From Macrostomum lignano (taxonomy: Eukaryota), in contig NIVC01001637.1 of NCBI GenBank assembly GCA_002269645.1, forward strand, positions 1 through 64,000: 64,000 nt of DNA, read 5' to 3'. The notes beneath the pieces are model-generated. The model was not told where the DNA came from. It ran no database searches and saw only the letters and a list, made by a program, of their open reading frames with translations. The translations under genes and the position numbers were made by a program. Numbering within the stretch: position 1 is the first letter of the stretch; each line of letters starts with the position of its first letter. Shown one piece after another: positions 1-12,222 of the stretch.

Positions 1-2062
1 GCTTCTTATCAGGACGACATCATTCTAGGCACTGAAACAATGGAGCAGCATCGACAGATCCTGTGCAAGTCAAGGAAAAACTGAAAAAGCATGGATTCAA
101 GATCAATGAGCGTAAGACTCAGGAGTGCAAGAAAGAAGTCACATTTCTGGGATTTCTCCTCCGAGATGGGAAACTTTTGCCTGATCCTGCAAGAGTGGAA
201 GCTCTATCCAACTTGTCAGAGCCAAAAGACCGGGATCAATTGAGAAGTGCTATATGCACCTTAAGACACTACGGGATTTTTTGTCGGAACTTCTCTATGA
301 TCGCCAAGCCGCTCTATTACCTCCTAAAGAAAGGGGTTCAGTGGAAATGGACTGTCGTTCACTCGAGTGCGTTCTCCCAACTGAAAGCTGCTGTAACGGA
401 AGGTCGAATCGTTTCTTATGATATAAAAGGCCGTTGTTTCTAACCTGCGACGCTTCTCAGAGTGGAGTCGGATTTGTGCTGTCCCACGACACGAACCAAA
501 AAGAAGTTGTATGGCTGGGAAGCAGAGTTTTGACCAAGGCTGAGGCCAACTACGCCAACATTGAGCGGGAGGCTCTTGCAATTATCGAGGGTGTAAAATA
601 TTTTCATCAATTTCTGGCAGGCCGTCATTTTACAATCATCTCTGATCACAGACCTTTGCAGTACATCTTCTCTACAACAAAAGTTCCTGACCGAGTTTCT
701 GCGAGACTCCAGAGATGGGCATTGCTGCTCAGATCCTATGACTACACTGTCACTTACTCAAAAGGAGACACCATGCTCGCAGCAGTTACTCTGTCCAGAA
801 TTCCTTCAACAAACGCTTCTACTTCGTTTTCAAATTTTGATGTCAATCTTCTGGAGGTAAACTCTCTCGTAGAATTTTCTTCTTCTGGGACAATTCTTCG
901 GCGTGTCGCCAACACCAGAGACCCTGAAATTGATATTATCAAGAAGTTTGTTACTCAAGGTTGGCCAAGCTAAATTTCTAAACAGCTGCTTCCGTACACC
1001 AAATCCAAGGCGGAATACTCCATTCAAAACGGGATTCTGTTCAAAGGAATCCGAATCGTGCCTCCAAAGTCCATGCGCAGAGAAATTCTTCAAATTCTTC
1101 ACGAGAATCATCCGGGCATTGTGCGCATGATCAGACTAGCTCGAGAGTACTTCTGGTGGCCTTACATTGACGCCCAGATCAATAGCTTCGTTCAAAGGTG
1201 TCCTTCCTGCCAACTAAATTCGAGAAAGCGAACAAATGCAAATCTGCATTCATGGGAAGATGCAAAGTTCTTCTTCGAACGTGTTCATCTGGACATAGCA
1301 TATTTCAAGGAGAAACACTTCTTGGTTCTCATCGACTCCTTCTCTCGGTGGATTGATGTACATCAGCTGTCCAATCTCACAGCCAACTCTCTTATTCCAG
1401 CATGCAGACGAACATTTAAGTACATGGGACATTGTGACTGACAATGGAACCAATTTTCGATCAAAAGAGTTCGCAGAATTTCTCAAGAAGAATCTAATTA
1501 ACCATGTCCTAACACCACCTGGTCATCACCAGTCAAATGGGATTGTGGAGAGAGCTATCCAAGAGTTGAAAGTGACTCTGAAGCAGGACAGTAATGACAT
1601 AGGTTCCGAATGTGAGAAGGTGTTGATATCATTCTGCCTTTCGAAGAACACTACACCGAATTCCGAAGGAGCGATTCCTGCTGCACAACTGTTTATGCAA
1701 CGCCCAAGAACGCGCCTCACTGCAACCTTTACAGAATGGGACAAACCGCTAACTACCCCAATTCCTGTCTACATCAACGTAGAAGGAAAGTCAGACAAGG
1801 TCCCAGAGAAATCCAAGGACTTCATGGATCAAATACCTACTTGGACAGCAAAGGACGGGTTGTTCATGCATCTGATGCAAGCCAAGGACTACAGAGAACT
1901 CACAAGAGATTACCTCGCCTGGACCTGCCAATGTTGGCAGCAGCAAGGAGAAGGAAATGGAGACTACGACTCCTGCTGAAGTGGAGACAACCAGCGATCA
2001 AAGTCCCGAGTACCAAGTTTCTCGTCGAAGTCAGAGGCTCCGAAAAGCCCCTGATCGGCTGA
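1..2062 (+). mobile_element. Degenerate Ty3/Gypsy LTR-retrotransposon pol (RT C-terminus, RNase H, integrase); 5' part lies outside the window
   Basis: Consecutive ORFs in shifting frames. RT end: ...KKEVTFLGF...PDPARVEAL. RNase H: LTCDASQSGVGFVLS...EANYANIEREALAII...FTIISDHRPL. Integrase: HHCC finger (HENHPGIVRM...WWPYID...CPSC) and D,D35E core (VHLDIA...IDSFSRW; IVTDNGTNF...SNGIVERAIQELK). Order RT-RH-INT is Gypsy. Frameshifts near 440, 1440 and a stop at 971-973 indicate a dead copy. Confidence 0.95.
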
Positions 2063-2145
2063 CCTATTCCTGATTTATTTGATCGTTAGACAAAATAGAA
2101 AACAGTCATTTATTTCTCTCCAGGTTAATTGCTAAAATATGGGGG

Positions 2146-2475
2146 TGTTGTGTATGAACTTAAGTTCTATGGTTTATGGGTGAAGCCTTATTCATATTTT
2201 AAGTATAGCAGCCAGCTACTTCGCTGCGGAAAATATACGCGCTGCATGCATCTACAATCTCTTCCTAACTCGGCATCTTGCATTCGTCTTCGTTACTACG
2301 AAAAGTACAACAGTTAATAACCTGACTGGTGTGATGACCAATCAATTTTGAAGCGACAGTCAGACTAGACGTAGAGTTGTTGAAATAGTGACCATAATAG
2401 AGTTTTGTGTGTTGGGCAACTTGAGTGCTGTGTAAGAGGCAAGCGACGAATGTACAGCGTTTTAGTTCATCAACT
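2146..2475 (+). mobile_element. 3' LTR of the Gypsy element
   Basis: Purine tract AAAATATGGGGG (2134-2145) is followed directly by TGTTGTGTATGAACT. The far end AGTTCATCAAC (2464-2474) is its imperfect inverted complement. The terminal CA is not intact and is followed by a MITE. Confidence 0.7.
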
Positions 2476-2477
2476 GG

Positions 2478-3556
2478 GGCCTGTGCTATAGAATACTCTT
2501 AACTCCTAAATCCTTAAGAGTGTCCTAACTCCTAACTCCTTGATGGCTTTTCTGTGCTATAGAATCATGAGCAAATTTTAAGAGCTAGGAGGCTCCTTTA
2601 AGGACGTAGGAGACTCCTTGGTTAATTTAGGAGACCTCATTAAGGTTTCTCGCGTGCTATAGAATAAGGAGCGGGGAGTAGGAGCTAAGAGCTAGGAGCT
2701 AGGAGTTGCCGTTTAAGAGTGAATTTTAGGAGTGCGTGTCCTATAGAAGGAGCGAATTTCATTTCTAGCTCCTAACTCCTAGATAAGAATTCAAGGGCCC
2801 AAATTTTACTCTTAGGTTAGTAGGATTGTCTTTTTGTCATGTTTTCGGATAGCGACCTAGGCTCGGACGATGAGGGAGCCAACGATCGGCGACCCAGGCA
2901 ATTTAAGCAAAAAGACAAGCTTTTTCGAAGAATTTCGTACTGTGTCACGACTTCCGCTCAATGAGAATTAACGACACTTTCAACAAACATAGGTTGCATC
3001 CTTAATCATCACAAATCTTAGATTTCGACATGTGCATGTTCTATTGTCTGTGCCAAAAACGGGCACGTTTTGCTGAATACAATAATTACCAATTTTATGG
3101 TCTCTAATAGCCCCCTCTTTATACGATACTTCTTATACGAGTGTTGTTTATCAAATGAAAGCGATTACTTACAATAGCAGTTAAACCATTTTTATTGACT
3201 TAGTCTATCAACTAATTAAATGCGCAGGCTTGTAGCCTAAAATGGTTTTATTGCTTTACGCGCTCGTAGTCGCTTTTCACGGGGTAATAAAACTTGTTTT
3301 AACTTGTTTTTTAATTCCTAGGATTACTGCTTAAGGTGCATACATTTAAGAGTTTCATATAGCACGCAGATTGGCAGACTCCTTAGCCAATCACCTTACA
3401 CTCCTTAGAACTCCTCACTCCTATCCTTGGAACAAGTCCTAGCTCCTAACTCTTGATTCTTGAACTCCATAGGACACAAAATCGATTCACTCCTTGCTAG
3501 GAGCACTCCTGATTCCTAACTTCTTACTCCTTGCTCTTAAATCTATAGCACGGGCC
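2478..3556. mobile_element. Non-autonomous DNA transposon (MITE-like, probably PIF/Harbinger-derived)
   Basis: Terminal inverted repeats GGCCTGTGCTATAGA (2478) / TCTATAGCACGGGCC (to 3556), 14/15 match. Sub-terminal repeats of TGCTATAGAA and TAGGAG/CTCCTA motifs at both ends. No long ORF. No clean TSD found. Confidence 0.75.
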
Positions 3557-3695
3557 AGCCCCAAGACACAGCGAGTGTGCGTGCCTGACGATTAGAAAGT
3601 AAGGGCCGCTGTACACCCTGTGTGAGCGTGTGTATGAGTGCGTGCCTGCATATAGCATTAGAACTTGTATGTGTTCAGGAATCAACACAACTCAC

Positions 3696-4089
3696 TTTCG
3701 TAGTTTAGAGCAAACACAGAATTTATCATGCTGTTGCCGCAGATCTGTGAAGAGTTTCCCGAGCAGTTCATAGAGCAGCTTGACTCGCTCAGCTGTCCAT
3801 GACGACCGTAGGACCAGCCGCAGGCACAGAACTTTGAGTACTGAAGACTCATGTAGGGAAATCCGCCCAGAGCGCACACGTCGCTGCAAAGCTCGTGGGT
3901 CATATTGGAATAGCTGAAGATAAAACAGGGCCTATATGACTTGATTTCCATACCAGAAATCTCTGCTACTTTGTCTAGAGCGCAGAGGTCTCTATCCGTA
4001 TTGTCTCGAAAGCAGCCGATGTAGGACCTGCCGAGGAGGCTGCCTGAGCACACCGAGAAAAGACAACAGATGAAGAAGCCGAGTATCAT
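3696..4089 (-). CDS. WSC-PAN array copy 1, exon 1: signal peptide + WSC domain; exon 2 not found in window
   Basis: From ATG 4089: MILGFFICCLFSVCSG, then YIGCFRD...DRDL...MTHELCSDVC...GFPYMSLQYSKFCACG...C...CSGNSSQICG...NSVF (WSC motif). Ends at phase-1 donor A|GTGAGT (3696/3695), the same position as in the paralogs. Without splicing it reads to a stop at 3682 (135 aa WSC-only). Confidence 0.85.
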
Positions 4090-4734
4090 GATGGATTGTT
4101 CGAGTATCACGGCGAAGAATTTTCCTATTGCCCTAAAAACTGACAATTATCTTCTTTTTGGAAGAACCCAGGCGTATTTGATTGGCTAAACCTTTAATTA
4201 GCTGGGTGAGCAGTATCCCAGCAGCTTGTTTTGCAGTAGCAAGAAAGAGCATAGCTCGTACGAGTGCTATCAAGTGCTTTAATTGACACCTGGAATACTT
4301 CACAACATGAAAGTATTGTATGTATGTATTTGATGAATCAATAATGATCGATGCATAAAACTGATCGGGGTAGCTCTAATCCGTCCAACCCTCGCACACC
4401 GCTCCCCCCACTTCATTCATCAACGAGATGCCCGGAAATCGGAGGGGCATGCCGTTAGCTGGAGGTTTCATATCGACAAAAGACGGGATTTTTATAAACT
4501 GATCCTTAAACTGATCATTCACAATTTCAAATATTGAAGCCTAAAGATTCAAAAGTTGATCGATATTGTGTAATTGTGCCCAGCACAGATAATGCTACTG
4601 GCAGACGATGGATTACTTCAGTCGTTGTTGACTTCGAGCTGATAAAATTTGGATTTTGCTTGTGTTATTACTAAAGTTAAGAAGGTATCGTCAAGTACTT
4701 TAACTCGTCTCGGCTCTTAAGCTATCGATTCGCT

Positions 4735-6230
4735 TTAATATCGAAAGTAGAAGTCGCCATCCACAATGGTCAGAGATGTCGGCACAAGGGCAAGCTTCAT
4801 CAGGCTGCACAGCTGCAGGTTATCGTAAAACAGGACGGATTGACAGTCGGGTTTGTACAGCATCAGGCAGTTTGCTGGGCTGCTCGCACTGGCATTCCAG
4901 TAGGCAGAGACGGAGCTCAGCACGGAGATGTACCCTCGGCTGGATCGCTTGAGAAGTCTGAAACTGCAAGCTAGTAGTAGAGAAAGTGAAAATCTCTTTT
5001 GAAAAAAGAGAACAGAAGCGAGATAGTCAATGGACATTGGAACAAATTAGTTATCGAAAAGCACGTTAGTCATTACTATTGCTTAATTGCTTAACTTAAT
5101 TAACCTAACCATCGAAAGCTAAATCATCGCTATCTAGTCTGTGTCATCTATCATCAAGTCTTTTTCATTTTATCATATCTGGAGATAGCTAAGCCTAGTA
5201 GGAACTAGAGTTTATCAAATTTGCGCTCAATTCTTTCTGCACCATATGCAGGCAGGGATACTGAAAAAAATGGAGGGAATCCAATCTATACGAAGCCATT
5301 CCAAAGGTAGTGTAATCGGTGAAACAATTGCTGAAACAAGGCGGAAATATACGAAAAAAAATATTTTGGCCAAAACTGAGTGGAGGGGGAATATGTGCCC
5401 CCTTCCGTGGATTCTGCCATTGACCGTACGTTAAAGCCTGAGCTAGCGAGACCCTGATCCCAAAAAATATTTACTGGCTGCAGTGGGAGTTGACTTTGCT
5501 GGTTAGCAAATATTCAGCGGTTGACTACCGATGCTGCAGTTTACCTTGTCATGCGGACTTGGAGCCCTGCATGCGTGAAGCTCGTAAATTAATGAATTCT
5601 GTGAGCGGAAATGCTGCAATGCGAATGCAACAAGCTTGCGTTTCTGACTTCGTCTATAATTTTTCATTTAATTTGTTTTAATGAACCGGCTTGCTGAAAA
5701 CAGCAAAAAATGTGGTCCAATATTTGCCTTATGCAGGGAAGTCAGAGTAGAACGCATGGAGCTTGTCTTCCTATATTGGCACAATAATTACAGCAGCAGC
5801 AGCAGTAGTAATGAAGTCATTTTTGAGTCGCTTGTTATTACATTTTTGACACAGAAGTTTTGAGTTTTTATAGATACCGATTTTCAATGATTTACCTGAA
5901 AAACCAGTCAACCACTGAGAGATAATGACGAAAAAATTAACTGTAGGCAAACAATATTAATATGGGTAGCTAGATATAATGTTGTGTTCATAGTTAACAC
6001 TATATTAGAACTAGGTGCCACCGAAAGTTTTAGATAGGAAATTAAGGGTGGTTGAAATACCGAACTGGCTCTCTTTCATATTTCAACTCGTAGACAGAGT
6101 GGGTCAACGGACCGCCGCACTCTTGGGAAGAGTTCCCAGCACAGTAAAAGCCTCAACTGCCGTAGCTCCAGCCGCGGTAGCACTTACTGCCTATCTGAAC
6201 ACCTCTTAGGGTGAGCCTTATGGAAAGCCT
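4735..6230 (-). pseudogene. WSC-PAN array copy 2, pseudogene
   Basis: WSC remnant ~6230-6074 reads CYRGWSYGS*GFYCAGNSSQECGGPLTHSVYELKYE, is 5'-truncated, and has its donor mutated GT>GA (6073-6072). PAN exon 4963-4735 is 229 nt, i.e. a 1-nt deletion versus copy 3, plus Cys>Tyr (CLMLYKPDC). Intron and 3' flank are clearly homologous to copy 3. Confidence 0.85.
5249..5422. mobile_element. Old ~174-bp hAT-type MITE in the copy-2 intron
   Basis: Ends CAGGCAGGGATAC... and ...GGATTCTGCCATTG. Flanked by a degenerate 8-bp direct repeat ACCATATG/ACCGTACG (6/8). Sub-terminal GGGGGAATATGTGCCCCC motif resembles the element at 27906. Confidence 0.4.
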
Positions 6231-6383
6231 GAAGTCTGGGCACAACGAAGATAGCAACAACCAAATGAAACTCTCTAATTCGGAAAAAGCACTTTTTTAA
6301 TTTTGTTAAAAAAACCCAACTTTATTGAAAAAATCGTCGTAAAAGGATGTATGCACAGTTTACATCTTACAGTTTACATAAGC

Positions 6384-6418
6384 TGTAAACTGTAAACTGT
6401 AAACTGTAAACTGTAAAC
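6384..6418 (+). repeat. (TGTAAAC)5 microsatellite
   Basis: Five perfect 7-bp units read directly from the sequence. Confidence 0.9.
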
Positions 6419-7268
6419 TTATACTATGCTATAATATAGCTGTTTGTCGATTATCTTATATGCTCCGGCTTGGGACCTGTTTGTGGATCCTTTTTGTGCC
6501 TCTCAAGCGTACAAAAAGCTTCTCAATAGTACAGGAACTAACTTGAAGCGAACCCTAAAAACAGAACATTCCTAGGAGTTCTAAAAAGGAGTAGCAGTAG
6601 CCATCGAAAGAGGTCACGAATGCAGCTTTCTACGCTTGCTGATCTTCTATCATTGAGCAAAAAAGTAGAACAGAATAATTCCCGCTCAAAGTATTCCCAA
6701 AATTCTTGCAAAAGCTTTGCCTGGAATTCAAACGAAACTAACTTAGCTATAACTTTGCAGGCTTTTCTCTCCCTTTTCGACAATAGAATGGTGTTTTTTC
6801 AACTAAACTGCTTGCATGAAACTTAAAGTAATATACTCGTACATAAAGGGCCCGTTCGGTAAAACTTTCGTAAGTTCCGTCGTTCGATCCAACTTACGCA
6901 CGAGAGTTAAGAACCGTCTCAGAACGTTCTTAAGTGCGTTGGGTGAATTTTTCGCAGATAAATTCGTAACTTACGCAGTAGCTGCGATCAAACTTAAGAA
7001 TTCATGCCTGACTTTTTCCTCCGCCAGTGGTCTTTTTGGAACTGATTTTACCATAATTGGAACTTAAATTCGTAAAAAACACACGTTGCACTCTTAAATT
7101 AAAGTAAGACAAAATCATGCTCATTTATCCATTACCATTACAAGCAATATGAGCCATGACCATTTTGTCACAGGTCGATTCCATTGTTGTATTTAAAACA
7201 TTAAAAACATTCAAACAAGGGTGCCTTATTCATTCGCATATACAAATAAGACCTAGCGAATTGCTTAA

Positions 7269-8100
7269 TTACGCTCCTAGTGTCCTTTGACACATCATGT
7301 CATTAAAATTAAGCTGTTGACGGTTCTCATTACCTCGATTATTCTCTTCTATCGTCACTCTTTCCTGCTCAACGCCTAAACGTTCCGTTGCGATCTTCAG
7401 CCTCTCTCTCTCTCGACGAACAATCTGTCGTTTTCAACTTCCAATCGAGCTTCCTCCACCCGAAGACGTTTTATTTCCAAGCTTTCTATCAGCCCAAGTT
7501 TGCTTTGCTCTGGCCGACGCTTCGTGTTCTTAGCAGCGGCGTTGGCAACAGACTCTTCACTTCTTCGTCGTCAGCTGTCTCGTACTCAGGCGATGCGCTT
7601 CTGCCAACTGCTCCGACAGATTTATCAGCAGGCGCACTTGCGATATCAATGTACCTGGCCGCCGAGCTTGATGATGCACTATTGGATTTAGGCAGCTGCA
7701 GTGTGTTAACACCACGTGGCTCGCCTTTCACGACCTGTTTTCGGATGGACTGCACCGCCTTCTTCTCTAAACTCGACAGCTGTGGGGCCTGTGATGGACC
7801 GCCTCCTGTCTTAGCTTGCTCCTTGCGAATGCTGGCTACTTTGTGCTTCAGTTGACTTTTGAAGTCGGACCACCGCTTTCGGCAGTTCTCTCCAGAACGT
7901 CCTTGTCCACCGACTGCATTCACGATATCGGAAATTTGCTGCCATCCGCGTTTTTTGCGAAAATTCGCTTCGGCAGTGTTTGCGGGGCTCTCCCGGTAAC
8001 CTCTCCGCTCGGTCGTTGCTTCTTGCAGCGTCTCGAGTTCCGCCGTAGACCAGTTCGCCGCGCGTTTTTGTGCTGCGTTAGAATTGATTGCATTCCAAGT
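7269..8100 (-). pseudogene. Harbinger Myb/SANT-like DNA-binding protein, frameshifted
   Basis: Open frame KRAANWSTAELETL...RKKRGWQQISDIVNAVGGQGRSGENCRKRWSDFKSQLKHK...KTGGGP (trihelix Myb/SANT signature). After a frameshift near 7510 there is a coiled-coil tail LEIKRLRVEEARLEVENDRLFVERERLKIATERL...*. No in-frame ATG survives. Confidence 0.85.
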
Positions 8101-8450
8101 ATCAGCTTCTCTTTATGCTGTTGTATGCTATCTTTATAATTGCCACTCAACTTAAATATCGATTGGTCAAGGCTGCTTGAAACGCTTTGGCGGCAAGATC
8201 AATTATATGATGCGAATGTGGTGTCTGGCCGGTGGAGTTCTCTTGCACTTTTTGTGTTGCTTCTGCGTGCGCCCTAGGCGGCCATCGCCAGAACAGTTCT
8301 GGCTGGTTGGGGGGGGGGGTGCTCGGCCCAGCTTGAGTCTTTCCCCGCGGCGGCCACTGGTTGGCTGGGCTTGCGTTTTTGTGTTTTTCTTTTCTAGCCC
8401 CATTCAGTCGGATCTGCTCGGCGGGCGCGCTGATTGGCTGAGAGGTCATT

Positions 8451-9324
8451 TTGTCACGTTATTGGCGTGGTGACTACAACCCTCAAAAGGGCCGTTTTGA
8501 CGAGAATTGTCGTGAAGTCGTTGTAGTCCAAAAGTAATTTCGAAGTCAATTCTTGCGAAGCGGATTGTGTAGCGGAGCACTTGGCGTATAAAGGCAGGGG
8601 ACTGCCGTAAGCTAATTTATTGTCGTTATTTATATGATAATTGATTAATGTCAATACAAAACTTATAGCGTTCTGGGGCACTGGCGGCTGCAACAATGGT
8701 TTTGAATGTAATTGGAGTTATGAAGTCAAGCAGTTGACAAAAGAGGCAGTGGCGACGCAGCGTGGTAAGTGATGGCGGTGAGCACAGTAATGGCAGTGAG
8801 TAGCAAGTAGACAGGCAGACAAGTAGTGGTGAGATTGGGCGTTAGCCCGCGGCAGTAAACAGTGGAGCAAGAGTGCGTAGACAGTCTGGCCCAGACAGAG
8901 GGGGCCGTGGCGAGAGATAAGAAGGCACGAGGCAGACAGGAGAGAGAAGGAAAACAAGAGGCCACGAAGGATCGCCAGAACGAAGGAAGGCGACGAACGA
9001 AAGGCCAGAAGGGGGGGAAAAAACCCCAGCCCGCCGCCAGGCGGGGTTAATAAAGGAGCGCAGGAGGGTTAACATAATATATGCGGAGAGTTATCATTGG
9101 CTGGCGCGGGAAAACAAGAAACAGAAATTATCGATCGCGCGAGACCCTACAGGCGTACGCAAGGTTTACAAAGTACGCAGTGATTTAGCAATTGGTACAG
9201 ATTAGTTGCGCGCTACTACAAGTAAACGTGAGAATACACAATTGGAAATTTTAAATGAGAAATTGTAAGGGAAATTGTAGTCCAACGGCCCTTTTGCGGG
9301 ACCACTTTAAACAGCAACGTCACA
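8451..9324. mobile_element. Solo LTR copy A, inserted in the Harbinger element
   Basis: Termini TGTCACGTT...AACGTCACA; 4-bp TSD ATTT on both sides; homologous end-to-end to 11051-11837. Confidence 0.85.
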
Positions 9325-10084
9325 ATTTCTTATGTTTGGCGTGTCTCTCTCTCTCTCTCGCTGTCGGCCCCTCTACCCTGTTTATGTGGTAAATAGTGCT
9401 CATGCCTGGCCCAGCCCGCTCCCCGCGTTGCGCCCCGCGCCTAGCTCTTCAAACTAAACTAGCGATACTCAAACGAGCCGTATCGACGGTCTCTTTCTGC
9501 GAAGACTCAATTTATTGCGAGCAAAATAAAGCAGTCAAGTGGTGACGATATTCGAACGAGCCTCACAGCTTCTGGCACCGGTAAGACACCGAGTTCATTC
9601 GCTTTTCAGCTTTTCCGAGGCCTTGCCGTAGCAGTGGTTCCATTGCTAGAGCGTCTTCACGCCTGTGACTGTGACCACTGCAGCACAGCAGCGTTGTATA
9701 TTGTGTATTATTGTAGTACTGTACCGGTTACTTTATATAGTGTGTGCAACCTACAGTATCGAAACTAGAAGCACTTGAGAGTGTCACACCACCTCGAGCC
9801 GCAGCGTGAACTCTGAGTGTCACAACACCAAAGGGATCGAACTATTATTGCAGAGCGTCGTCACGCCTGCTCGTATCCATAAAAGTACAGACAGAGCGTC
9901 ACTACGCCTGTTATATTACGTAAAACATATTGTACTCGGGACTGGGCACCCAAACCGACCCGGGTTGCGACACGAATGTATATTTGAGGAGCAGTTATCA
10001 GGTCGGCTTGATAAGGCGGTCAGCCAGTCTCAGAGTATGGGGACATAAAGTACCGATGACGGTGGAATCTTCATTAATACGCTC

Positions 10085-10600
10085 GTAGAAAGGGATTTCA
10101 CTCGATCAATGTTCAGGCCGTATGTAGTGCCAATCTCGCATTTACAAACGTGGCCTGGCAGTAGCCACGACTCCATTTTTCAACAATCTGCACTAAAATA
10201 TATCCTCGCGGATGGGACGGTCGCTGGCTTTTTAGTTGGAGATGCGGGCTACCCACTCCGACCGTTTCTGATGACGCCATTTAAAGATCCACAGACGAAT
10301 TCCTAGCAAAATTTCAACCGGCGACTGAGCAAAACGCGCGTGCCAATCAAGAGGGCGTTCGGTGTTTTGAAAGCGAGATTTCGATGCCTTGATCACAGCG
10401 GAGAAGCTTTACAGTTCAATCCGAGTAAAGTGTGCAACATCATTGTTGCATGCTGCGTGCTCCACAGCCAGAGCCATTCCTCTTCCACCTGAACATCAGC
10501 CGCTAGCCATGGAAGCAACTTCTGAAAATGAAGCCGCACTGGCTGAAGACACCGCTGCTGGTCGAACAGAAAGGTAGCGGATAATGAAGCTACTCCTACC
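10085..10600 (+). pseudogene. Harbinger (HARBI1-like, DDE_Tnp_4) transposase, C-terminal half, decayed
   Basis: KGFHSINVQAVC..., WPGSSHDS, FLVGDAGYPLRPFLMTPF, FNRRLSKTRVPIKRAFGVLKARFRCLD, KVCNIIVACCVLH. Contains frameshifts and a stop; the N-terminal half is missing. Confidence 0.92.
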
Positions 10601-11050
10601 GTGACTGACTTAAACACAATTGGTGTTTTCTGCTATTTAAAATTCAAACTAACAATTTTCGCTAGTGTTTGATATTTTCAGTCTTTAAATTCACTCGAAA
10701 TATACAGTAAAATGCGAAGTTTTTGACTGAATGAATTCGGCGCTGTGCATTTTTACAACTAAAGAGTGACTTACGACAGGTCCGACCTGTCTTAGATTTA
10801 CGGCGGGACTTAACAAGCCGAAGTGACTTACGAAAGTTTCACCGAACGCAAATTTACGCTTGCGCAATGATTTAAGAAGTGTAGTAGACCTTGTGATTCC
10901 CCGTTGAAATCTCGCTATTTATTCTCCAAATTGTGCTAGGCCTAACTGCTTTATCTTATTAAACTATCACTGAATTGTCTACTTCCAATAGCGTTGTCTG
11001 TTTCGAGCTACGATTTTTCCTAGAAATCCCTAATTCACGTGATTTCCTAG

Positions 11051-11837
11051 TGTCACGTTATTGGCGTAGAGGCTATGACCCTTAGAAGGGCCGTTTTACG
11101 AGAGTTTTCGTAAGACGTAGTCCCAAAATGAATCGAGTCAAGTCTTGAGAAGCGGATTGTGTAGCGGAGCACTTGGCGTACAAGGCAGGGAACTGCCGTA
11201 GTTAATTTATTGTTGAGATCAATATTCAAATTGGTTAATGTCAATACAGAACTTATTGCGCTTTGGGACACTGGCGGCTGCAACAATGGTTTTGAATTGA
11301 AGGTGAGTTAGAAATTGCAGTCAAGTGGCAGGCGAGTGATGCAAGGCGATGCAACGTGGTGAGTAACGGCGATGAGCACAGCAGAGGCAGATGCGTAGTG
11401 GTGAGATTGGCGTTAGCCGTGGCAGACAGTGGCAGGCAGTGTAAACAGGCTGGGCCAGACAGAGGAGCCGTGGCGAGAGATAAGGAGGCTCGAGACAGAA
11501 GGCAGGCGAGAGAAGGGAGGCAGACAGAAGGCCGGAGGAGAAGTGAGGAGCCCGCCGCCAGGCGGGGGTTAATAAAGAGCGCAGAGGGCTAGCAATATAC
11601 ACGCGGAGATTTTTCATTGGCTGGCGAGAGAACTTGAAATTATCGATCGTGCCAAAATTCACAGACGAGCGCAAGGCCTACCAAATACACAGTGAATTAG
11701 CAGTTGATACAGATTATTTGCACGCTACTACAAGTAAACGTTAAAATAAACTATTGGAGAAATTAAAATGAGAAATTGTAAGGGAAACTATAGTCCAACG
11801 GCCCTTTTGCGGGACCACTTAAACTAGCAACGTCACA
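11051..11837. mobile_element. Solo LTR copy B (same family as 8451-9324)
   Basis: Termini TGTCACGTT...AACGTCACA; 5-bp TSD CCTAG on both sides. Confidence 0.85.
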
Positions 11838-12170
11838 CCTAGAAACCTCGTGATAGCGTGTAGTGCCCCAGCGGTAAGACACTGTTTTTTTTCTTATTCA
11901 ATTCGAAATGTCTGCGTTTTCCGAGGATCAAGCGTGTCCAGCGGTAGCGAATTTATTCCCCTAATGCCTAATTTCTTAGCGCCTAATAAGTTTTATCAGC
12001 CTGCACGGCCTTCTTGGGGTCTGCACGACCTTAAATCTCCCCTTTTATTCTCCTGTTCTGGGTCTTCACGACCTTTAAGTTCTCTGTATCCTGACTCCTA
12101 GTCCTGGGTCTCCACGACCTTTAGTTCTCCCTATTCAGTAAAGAAATAGCGAAACAAGTCTTAGCGGAAG

Positions 12171-12222
12171 TTTTTGAACTTTTGAACTTTTAAACTTTTG
12201 AAATTTTGAACTTTTGAACTTC
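12171..12222 (+). repeat. (TTTTGAAC)~6 imperfect microsatellite
   Basis: Read directly from the sequence. Confidence 0.8.

Larger units (their letters stand above)
6848..10848. mobile_element. PIF/Harbinger DNA transposon (decayed, two divergent genes, nested insertions); right boundary uncertain (10848 or 12618)
   Basis: Left end GGGCCCGTTCGGTAAAACTTTCGTAAGT. A 22/23 inverted match ACTTACGAAAGTTTCACCGAACG lies at 10826-10848. A second candidate end GAACGGGCCC at 12609-12618 gives an AAA/AAA 3-bp flank. Contains a Myb/SANT gene (-) and a DDE nuclease relic (+) head-to-head. Confidence 0.85.

Noticed and set aside
4735-5037. Stand-alone 100-aa secreted protein (likewise ORF 13317-13508)
   Set aside because: The apparent hydrophobic leader is the translated polypyrimidine tract of the intron; the segment is exon 2 of a WSC-PAN gene.
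8454-9075. ORFs within 8451-9324 and 11051-11837 as a duplicated gene
   Set aside because: Frames are not conserved between the two copies; termini and TSDs identify solo LTRs.
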